Position numbers and translations under genes: made by a program. DNA of 24,000 nt from positions 55,621-79,620 of the forward strand of contig CAYJKQ010000011.1 in the NCBI GenBank assembly GCA_964370815.1, in the 5' to 3' direction. Origin of the DNA: an uncultured Anaerolineaceae bacterium. GTDB lineage: Bacteria > Chloroflexota > Anaerolineae > Anaerolineales > Villigracilaceae. Numbering within the stretch: the first letter of the stretch is position 1; the number at the start of each line of letters is the position of its first letter. This document shows, in pieces, positions 18,243-24,000 of the stretch. The notes under the pieces are model-generated. The model was not told the origin of the DNA and did no database searches. It was given only the letters and a program-made list of their open reading frames with translations.

Positions 18243-19085
18243 TCAAGTATTCTCTTGTGAGATCACGGCGAATCCGAGCGCACCCACCCCAAGATGGCAA
18301 CCCAGCACGGGTGTGATCTGATGAATGGGAATTTCTGTATCGGGCAGGTATTTAAGAACCTGCGTGCGCAAATCTTTGGCACGCGCTTCCACGCCAGCAT
18401 GCAGAACAGCCAACTGTTCGAAAGGACCATATTCGTCCAGCCAGCCGATCATTCGTTCCATTGCCCGCCGCGTGGTACGGACCCGGTGTGCGACAGGTTT
18501 GCCCTGGTTCATATGCAGGAGAGGTTTAAGCTTCAGGATCTCTCCAAAACGTGCCACGGCAACATGCATGCGTCCGCTTCGGCGCAGGTATTCGAGTGTG
18601 TCCAGCGCCGCGAAGACATGGGTGCAAGGCATGAGATCCTTCAAGGATTCCAGGATCTCTTCGATCTTATGACCGGACTGCGCCATCCGGGCTGCTTTTT
18701 CCACCAGGAGCCCCAACCCCAGGCTGAGTTGACCCGAGTCCAGTACGGTGACAGGGATGCGGGTGAATTCTTTGGCTGCTGTGCGTGCCGAGTTGAGAGT
18801 CGCGCTGAGCGCTTCAGCAATGTGGATGGATAGGATGGCTTGAAAACCTTTATCCGCCAGCTCTTCAAAGCGCTTTATGAATATTTCCGGTCCGGGTGTG
18901 GCAGTGCTTGGTGCGGGGTCATATTCCGGCAGCCGGGTGTAGAACTCGTCTTTGGTGATGTTCACTCCGTCCATCAACCGCTCTTCACCCATCTGGATGA
19001 AGAGCGGGATGACCTCTATGCTGTAGCGCTGCACGATATCGGGGGTCAGATCGCAAGTACTGTCAGTGACGATGGCAATTTTCAT
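18243..19085 (-). CDS. DegV-family (FakB-like) fatty-acid-binding protein
   Basis: 280 aa with IAIVTDSTCDL at the N-terminus, STATPGP (the TSQPSPG equivalent) and typical DegV length. The start is 15 nt after the heliorhodopsin stop. Confidence 0.9.
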   Translation of the reverse strand: MKIAIVTDSTCDLTPDIVQRYSIEVIPLFIQMGEERLMDGVNITKDEFYTRLPEYDPAPSTATPGPEIFIKRFEELADKGFQAILSIHIAEALSATLNSARTAAKEFTRIPVTVLDSGQLSLGLGLLVEKAARMAQSGHKIEEILESLKDLMPCTHVFAALDTLEYLRRSGRMHVAVARFGEILKLKPLLHMNQGKPVAHRVRTTRRAMERMIGWLDEYGPFEQLAVLHAGVEARAKDLRTQVLKYLPDTEIPIHQITPVLGCHLGVGALGFAVISQENT

Positions 19086-19100
19086 GGATACTCACGGGTT

Positions 19101-19892
19101 TTAGACTGGCGCCAATGTTCCGGCGAAGATCATCCAGGCCAATACGGTTTTGGCGACCAGGCTCAAAATAATGAAGGCGCGTTCACCATACAGGTAATCC
19201 TTCCATGGTCCGATCTTTTTATATTGCAGGTACATGTTGACGGCAAAGGTATTGAAGAACACGAACAGGGTCGGGATGATGGCGTACACAAAGGCAGGTG
19301 GTTTGGCTTCCCCACCCGAGGCTATCGAACCGAAGAAGTATATGAAGATCACCAGCCAGGGGATGATGCCGGCGATCGAGCCAAAAGTGAACGGCGCCCA
19401 GTCCAATTTTTCCTTGCCCTGGTTCAGGCTTTCCATCAACAGACCGAACAGGTTCATCATGGCATTCAAACCGAACATCACCACTATGGCACCCAGGTCC
19501 CAGACCCCGGCCAGCATCCCGATCAGAACGATCATCAGGGATGAGCTGAGAGCATATTCATAGAACCGGATGGGGTTCCTGCCTTGTTCCAGTTTTTGTA
19601 CATAACTCTTGTAACCAATGCCGCTTAGGTAAAAATGAGCGATGGCGGAAAGCAGGAGAAAGATCGCGACTGCCGGACCCAGGGGTAACTCGTATAAGAG
19701 TTTTGCGACTGGAGCCAGCGAGAAAGTACTGGTGTTAAAACTCAGGAAATTGGTGAAAACAGGATAGGTGGTGTCATTGCTGACCAGCCACATAAAGACA
19801 CCCTGGATCAGGTGCAAAATACCCATGATCAGGTTGAAACGGCGCAGGCTGGTAAATTTAGCCTGGTTGGAACGAACTTCTGTGTTAGTCAT
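19101..19892 (-). CDS. heliorhodopsin (retinal-binding 7-TM photoreceptor)
   Basis: 263 aa, 7 TM. It aligns by eye with the prototype 48C12: RRFNLIMGILHLIQ (His27), LSAIAHF (His86), RFYEYALSSSLMIVL (counterion Glu112, codon 19557-19559), IAGIIPW, LFVFFNTFAVNMYLQYKK, and GERAFIILSLVAKTVLAWMIFAGTL (Schiff-base Lys248, codon 19149-19151). AAGGAG SD present. Confidence 0.9.
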   Translation of the reverse strand: MTNTEVRSNQAKFTSLRRFNLIMGILHLIQGVFMWLVSNDTTYPVFTNFLSFNTSTFSLAPVAKLLYELPLGPAVAIFLLLSAIAHFYLSGIGYKSYVQKLEQGRNPIRFYEYALSSSLMIVLIGMLAGVWDLGAIVVMFGLNAMMNLFGLLMESLNQGKEKLDWAPFTFGSIAGIIPWLVIFIYFFGSIASGGEAKPPAFVYAIIPTLFVFFNTFAVNMYLQYKKIGPWKDYLYGERAFIILSLVAKTVLAWMIFAGTLAPV

Positions 19893-19934
19893 TACTACTC
19901 CTTATAGGTTGGTTGAAATTAATTGGGAATGAAA

Positions 19935-21251
19935 TTACGTGGTTCTTTGCCCGGCAGGCTGCAGGTCAAACCAGTTCAATAGGGGTGCAGCTTCCTGCCC
20001 GAGCGCTTTACGGACACTATCGAAATAAACGCTCCAGGCTGCGCTTGCCTGGTCAATGCCGTACTGGCGGTTATTTAGAAAACCTTCCATCCAGTGCATT
20101 TCAGGCAGGAGAAGGTCCAGGTCGCCGAGATAAAGTGCTGCGGCAACCGAATTGTTCATAAAAAGGGTTATATCGTTGTGGTTTCCTCCTGAAATATCTC
20201 CTGCAGAAAATTGAGTTGAGATCAGTGCTTGGATCGTGTGCAGGTTGAGCTGGAATGATTCATAAAGCTTCCGGAAGGGATTTTCTCCTTCATCAGGGTT
20301 GGCAGGAAGTTTTTTATGGAGGATCAATTCTTCAATTGCAGCGGGAGCTTCTGCGAGCGTATCCCCGAGAAAATGTGCCGGGAGCTGCTTCAGGAGCCCG
20401 GGATTGTTCCTGAAAATACGTCCACCAAAACCAACGGGATGGCTATTTGCCAATGCCTGTACGGTTCGTTTTAATTGTGCGGCACTGCTCAATTGTTGTG
20501 CGGAAAGGACAACCAGCCGGGGCTGAATGCTTTCAGCCGTCTCTTTCAGTTGTGCAATGGGGACGTTGGCGCCCAGGTCGATCACTTTGTAGCCCTGCCT
20601 TCGCAGCAGGAAGGTCAGACAAGTACCCGGGAGTGTATGCTCCTCGCCGGGTGGGCAGCACATCAGGATGGTCTCCTCCCGGTTTGAAGGGGGCATGGAG
20701 GCTATCAGGCTGCCCAGGCGCCGCCGGGCAACCCCGGCCGCGAAGTGTTCCTGTTGTATGCTGGCTTTTCCCTGGTACCAGCTTTCTCCGATTTCAAACA
20801 TGCCTTTCAGGAAGATCTCGCTGCACACTGTTTCCGGGTTGACGAGACCGAAAGCCCTGTTGACGACCTGGTCAGCCAGGTTTTCGTTAAAATTAAGGCA
20901 GGCTTCCAGCCATTGAGCGCGCAGACTGTCTGGCGCAGAACCCATCCCCCCTGATGAAAAATTTGCAGCCTGGATGGAGGAGGATGGATGATCTTCTTCC
21001 AGAGGATCGCGGCCTTTTCGGATCAGGTCGTGCCACAAACCCACGGAATTGGAGATGCTGATGCCTTCGGATCGTTTTGCCATCAACCAGCGGATGATGG
21101 CGATGTCACGTTGCGAGTAGATGCGCTGCCCGCCGGAGGTGCGTCCCGGGGCAGGCAGGTTGTAACGACGCTCCCAGGCTCGCAGGGAATCTGCGCTCAG
21201 TCCGGTTAAACGGATGACGGCTTTCAGGTTGAAGGTGGGTGTGTTTTTCAT
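19935..21251 (-). CDS. MerR-family, cobalamin-binding light-responsive regulator (CarH/LitR-like) with a C-terminal extension
   Basis: Start moved to ATG 21251 (MKNTPTFNLKAV..), since the track start at 21290 falls within the promoter region. N-terminal MerR HTH. The Wx9EH motif WYQGKASIQQEH lies at 20745-20780. A Rossmann B12 domain carries the His loop PPGEEHTLPG (His codon 20637-20639). About 125 extra C-terminal residues follow. Confidence 0.85.
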   Translation of the reverse strand: MKNTPTFNLKAVIRLTGLSADSLRAWERRYNLPAPGRTSGGQRIYSQRDIAIIRWLMAKRSEGISISNSVGLWHDLIRKGRDPLEEDHPSSSIQAANFSSGGMGSAPDSLRAQWLEACLNFNENLADQVVNRAFGLVNPETVCSEIFLKGMFEIGESWYQGKASIQQEHFAAGVARRRLGSLIASMPPSNREETILMCCPPGEEHTLPGTCLTFLLRRQGYKVIDLGANVPIAQLKETAESIQPRLVVLSAQQLSSAAQLKRTVQALANSHPVGFGGRIFRNNPGLLKQLPAHFLGDTLAEAPAAIEELILHKKLPANPDEGENPFRKLYESFQLNLHTIQALISTQFSAGDISGGNHNDITLFMNNSVAAALYLGDLDLLLPEMHWMEGFLNNRQYGIDQASAAWSVYFDSVRKALGQEAAPLLNWFDLQPAGQRTT

Positions 21252-21277
21252 GGCGCAGGTTTGTCCTATCAGCAGGC

Positions 21278-21307
21278 ATTGTAACCCCATTTACAATCAT
21301 TTGTCAA
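21278..21307 (-). promoter_or_regulatory. promoter of the photoregulator/heliorhodopsin cluster with embedded operator palindrome
   Basis: Minus strand: TTGACA (rc 21302-21307), 18-nt spacer, TACAAT (rc 21278-21283). A perfect palindrome ATTGTAA-N6-TTACAAT (21278-21297) fills the spacer and the -10. Confidence 0.55.
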
Positions 21308-21411
21308 GGGTTTGTCCATATATTGTATGGATATGGATTGGAAGCGATCAAACCTTTCGGGCAGAGGCAGAAAAGCAGCAGAGCATGAATGATCGTAGAA
21401 CGCAAGAAAAT

Positions 21412-21440
21412 AAATAACTCCCTTTTGCGGGGAGTTATTT
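21412..21440. terminator. intrinsic terminator downstream of the lipoprotein gene
   Basis: 11-bp perfect stem AAATAACTCCC / GGGAGTTATTT with a 7-nt loop. U-rich sequence follows on the - strand (AUUUUCUU) and also on the + strand (UUUUCU). Confidence 0.6.
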
Positions 21441-21518
21441 TCTAAAGGGCAGGAAGGAAAATAGCCTGCCCGGGTCAATGCCTGTTAATCATTGGAAGCG
21501 ATCAAGCGGTTTCTTCGA

Positions 21519-22454
21519 TCAGGGAATGGCTTCAATAATGATTGTTATAGAGCAGAGGATCGTGGTGCCATCAACCAGATCCCAGGTTTCGGTGTATTCT
21601 TTGGGTGTAGCCGGTACGATCAGATCCAAGAGCAAGGTAGATTCTTCTTTCGGGGCTATATCTTTAGTGAGATCGGATTTAGTCAAATTATTGTGCATAT
21701 TGGTGCCGCTCTTAAACTGATAGAACACAGTTCCTTGTTTCCATGTGGTCAAACCGTCGTTTTTTACGACCCAGATAAGGTCATATTGTGTTTCTCCAAC
21801 TTTGAACTTGTCGTGATCCTTGGGAATTATGGAGACAAAGGAACATTTATACACGGGGGTGGTGGGCTTGGTTGTGGGGGTATTGAGCGTGCCTGTGGGG
21901 GTATTGAGCGTGCCTGTGGGGGTAAATGTAGGCGTGGAGGTATTTGCCGCTATGGGGGTATGGGCAGGCGTATAAATGGGCATTCCCGTAAAATCGTTGA
22001 CCTGTGTGGCGTAGAAGCCCCACACCCAGCAATAGGTACCGCGCTGACCGGGATTTTCAATGAAATAGTAACCGCGCGTGGGGTCCAGGGCGAAGACCTC
22101 CGTCATAATACCAGGAGCCAGCAGCCCAACTTTCTCATAGACGACATCCGGTCCCAGGCGGCAGTTGGTTTCCTTGCTGACGCTGATCATCGCCTTGTTC
22201 GAGGTTGGCAGGGGCAGCGCTGTGCCGGTCTGAAAAGGTGTTTCGGTCAAGAAAGGCACGGGGGTGTCGCTTGGGTTGGAGAGCGCCATCTGGGTCAGTG
22301 TGCCCGCCACGGCAGCCTGGGCAGTTTCAAAAACGGCTGTCAGTTGGGCGCCTTCCTGGGTTGGAGCCTCTGTTTCCGCTGCAGGACCACAGGCGCTGCT
22401 CACCAGCAGCATGAGGGCTGTCGCTAAAAATAGCAGGGTCTTTTTTGTGTTCAT
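21519..22454 (-). CDS. secreted lipoprotein with Thr/Pro-rich repeat linker, SH3b-like and NBR1/Ig-like C-terminal domains (function unknown)
   Basis: Start moved to ATG 22454 (MNTKKTLLFLATALMLLVSSACGP), which has an AAGGAG SD 7 nt upstream. The track start at 22547 adds a non-signal extension. The domain calls are impressions from sequence patterns only. Confidence 0.7.
   Translation of the reverse strand: MNTKKTLLFLATALMLLVSSACGPAAETEAPTQEGAQLTAVFETAQAAVAGTLTQMALSNPSDTPVPFLTETPFQTGTALPLPTSNKAMISVSKETNCRLGPDVVYEKVGLLAPGIMTEVFALDPTRGYYFIENPGQRGTYCWVWGFYATQVNDFTGMPIYTPAHTPIAANTSTPTFTPTGTLNTPTGTLNTPTTKPTTPVYKCSFVSIIPKDHDKFKVGETQYDLIWVVKNDGLTTWKQGTVFYQFKSGTNMHNNLTKSDLTKDIAPKEESTLLLDLIVPATPKEYTETWDLVDGTTILCSITIIIEAIP
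21879..21924 (-). repeat. perfect 21-bp tandem duplication (GGTATTGAGCGTGCCTGTGGG x2 plus 4 nt) inside the lipoprotein CDS
   Basis: Units at 21879-21899 and 21900-21920 are identical. They are in frame and encode TGTLNTP twice. Confidence 0.9.
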
Positions 22455-22743
22455 AATATTCTCCTTAAAGAGAACGATCACGCTGAAATCGGGCGGCAGA
22501 ATGATCAAGAATAGGATGGAGGTTGTTGTCATCCACCCTGAATTCAATTAACTAGAATCATACCATAAAAATGGTTGGAGCAAGGTTCATCCAAGAAAAG
22601 GTGTTTTTTTGGAAGTTCCCATTATTTCCAATGAGGAATATTGCATTTTTTTCGAAGATCGAACCCGTTTGACCACAATAAAGCCAATAATCATGCCATA
22701 ATGTTATGAGATAATAAACAAGATTTTTTTCATTAATTCAGGG

Positions 22744-22862
22744 TTACTACTCAGACCCTAAAGGTTTACCCGGAAAAAAAAGTGAGCGATGGTCAGAATA
22801 TCAGGCTTGGCGTTCAATTTTTCTGCCATTGAAACCTTTAGGGTCTTGACCTGAGCAGTTAC
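22744..22862. mobile_element. 119-bp MITE-like palindromic element flanked by the 9-bp direct repeat AATTCAGGG
   Basis: Direct repeats at 22735-22743 and 22863-22871. Ends are TTACTACTCAG... and ...CTGAGCAGTTAC (9/11 inverted match). The internal arms contain AGACCCTAAAGGTTT (22753-22767) and its complement AAACCTTTAGGGTCT (22832-22846). No ORF. Confidence 0.5.
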
Positions 22863-22902
22863 AATTCAGGGAAGATACAAATAAATATTAAAGGATCACT
22901 CC

Positions 22903-23790
22903 ATGAGCTGGCAGGCAAAGATCACCAAGAAGATACTTTCTTTCCAATTGGCTGGCTGGTCGGAGGGGAATGTAGTTGATAAGCGCGCCCAGCAGGAGAA
23001 AACCGCCAGGTATTTAAAACTTCCTGCGGATATTCGTTGTCAACCTGTAAATGTGAAGGGTGTTCCGGGTGAGTGGATCGATGCACCAGTGAATGATCAG
23101 GGGACGATCCTGTACCTGCATGGTGGTGCTTATACCCTGGGGTCGATCAATACGCATCGAGAGTTGGTTGCCCGGCTTTCACGCTCGACCAGAATGCGCG
23201 CCCTGGCGATCGATTACCGTTTAGCCCCCGAGCATCCCTATCCTGCTGCCGTTGAAGATGCCACCACGGTTTATCATTGGCTGCTAACGCAGGGTATTGA
23301 CCCTGCAAAAATGGTCATAGCTGGCGATTCTGCCGGGGGTGGGTTGGCTCTTGCAACCCTGCTCGCGCTGCGTGATGCCGGTGAATCTCTCCCGCTTGGG
23401 GCGGTTTGCCTTTCTCCCTGGGCAGATCTGGCTTGCACCGGTGCCTGCATCCATGAAAAAGCATCGTTGGACAAAATTCTTAGCCCGGATGGCCTCTCAC
23501 GATCTGCCAAAAGTTATGCCGGGGGGCATGATCTGCGATCCCCGCTGATCTCACCCCTCTACGGCGAATTGAAAGGTCTGCCACCCCTGCTGATCCAGGT
23601 TGGGACGGATGAGGTCCTGTTGGATGATGCCAGGCGGATTGCCGAAAAAGCTCAAATAGCCGGAGTGGATGTCACGCTGGAAATCTGGGAAGAGATGTTC
23701 CATGTCTTCCAATTGATCCCCTTCCTGCCGGAAACAAAAAAAGCACTGGAAAATATCGCCGCTTGGGTAGCAAGATTATTCAATAAATAA
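22903..23790 (+). CDS. alpha/beta hydrolase, hormone-sensitive-lipase family (family IV) esterase/lipase
   Basis: 295 aa. Oxyanion HGGAY, nucleophile elbow GDSAGG, and downstream Asp (GTDEVLLDD) and His (EMFHVF). Confidence 0.9.
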   Translation: MSWQAKITKKILSFQLAGWSEGNVVDKRAQQEKTARYLKLPADIRCQPVNVKGVPGEWIDAPVNDQGTILYLHGGAYTLGSINTHRELVARLSRSTRMRALAIDYRLAPEHPYPAAVEDATTVYHWLLTQGIDPAKMVIAGDSAGGGLALATLLALRDAGESLPLGAVCLSPWADLACTGACIHEKASLDKILSPDGLSRSAKSYAGGHDLRSPLISPLYGELKGLPPLLIQVGTDEVLLDDARRIAEKAQIAGVDVTLEIWEEMFHVFQLIPFLPETKKALENIAAWVARLFNK

Positions 23791-23798
23791 AAAAATCT

Positions 23799-23845
23799 TT
23801 ACCTGCTCAGGAAAAGACCCTAAAGGTTGCTCTGGCAGAAAAATT
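23799..23845 (+). repeat. third copy (half-element) of the MITE arm
   Basis: CTGCTCAGGAAAAGACCCTAAAGGTTGCTCTGGCAGAAAAATT (23803-23845) matches the reverse complement of 22816-22858 at 38/43 positions. It is preceded by the TTAC terminal motif. Confidence 0.6.
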
Positions 23846-23920
23846 AGAACGTTATTGTCATCCTCCCGAAGGACACCGGCGAAGTCCCCGACCCGCAGGG
23901 GAAAGGGGGGACGGTGTGAG

Positions 23921-24000
23921 CGAAGCGACACTTGCACCTGCATGCCAGTGCAGGTGAGGATCTCATTATTTGAGCAATGGGGAGATGCTTCGTCGCTTCG
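23921..24000. repeat. GC-rich nested palindromes at the window edge (truncated)
   Basis: CGAAGCGAC (23921-23929) pairs with GTCGCTTCG (23992-24000). The inner hairpin is CACCTGCA-N6-TGCAGGTG (23935-23956). The AGCGAAGCGA / GCTTCGTCGCTTCG motif resembles short interspersed palindromic repeats seen in many bacterial genomes. Confidence 0.3.

Noticed and set aside
21252-21290. N-terminal extensions offered by the ORF track: 21290 for the regulator, 22547 for the lipoprotein, 3992 for the SBP, 2542 for the MFS transporter.
   Set aside because: Internal ATGs give canonical N-termini (a MerR HTH start, or signal peptide plus lipobox) and have proper SD sequences. The extension at 21252-21290 would also overlap the promoter/operator.
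21258-21317. A CarH-type operator made of three 11-bp direct repeats (nAnnTnnACAn).
   Set aside because: ACA triplets on the minus strand do fall at 11- and 22-bp spacing. However, the other consensus positions mostly fail and the middle repeat lacks ACA. The perfect palindrome is the better-supported operator candidate.
21879-21924. Possible CRISPR or other non-coding array suggested by the identical 21-bp repeats.
   Set aside because: The repeats are directly adjacent with no spacers. There are only two units, and they are in frame inside a CDS with a sensible translation.
22536-22544. A third, inverted copy of the AATTCAGGG target-site-duplication sequence (CCCTGAATT).
   Set aside because: It lies 190 bp from the element with no associated repeat arm. 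A 9-mer recurrence at this distance in AT-rich intergenic DNA is most simply coincidence.
22604-22730. Three T7 runs (22604-22610, 22646-22652, 22724-22730) in the divergent intergenic region, considered as phased DNA-bending tracts.
   Set aside because: The spacings of 42 and 78 bp are not consistently helical-phase. This is probably just AT-rich promoter DNA.

Overview
This window looks like chromosomal DNA from a monoderm, Chloroflexota/Anaerolineae-like bacterium. That taxonomic guess rests only on protein flavour and is not verified. Coding density is high, with about 21 credible CDS.

Gene content, left to right:
- a truncated pirin gene
- a solitary, apparently leaderless trmD
- two tandem MFS/GPH-like transporter paralogs
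- an orphan BMP-family lipoprotein and a URO-D-family enzyme, convergent with a complete BMP-type (CUT2) ABC importer operon
- a polyprenyl-phosphate-sugar glycosylation cluster: two GT2 synthases, an FkbM methyltransferase and a GT-C-like membrane protein
- ada
- a secreted lipoprotein with an internal 21-bp tandem repeat
- an HSL-family esterase

The most interesting part is a minus-strand five-gene cluster (21251 down to 17476). It encodes a MerR/B12 CarH-LitR-type photoregulator, a heliorhodopsin, a DegV protein, and two small overlapping polytopic membrane proteins. Upstream lies a near-consensus promoter with an embedded perfect palindrome. I read this as a candidate dual-chromophore (cobalamin plus retinal) light-response module with uncharacterised partners.

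A 119-bp MITE-like palindromic element with a 9-bp target-site duplication sits upstream of the esterase, and a further half-copy lies downstream of it. No rRNA, tRNA or CRISPR was seen. All family calls come from motif recognition by eye and need HMM/BLAST confirmation.
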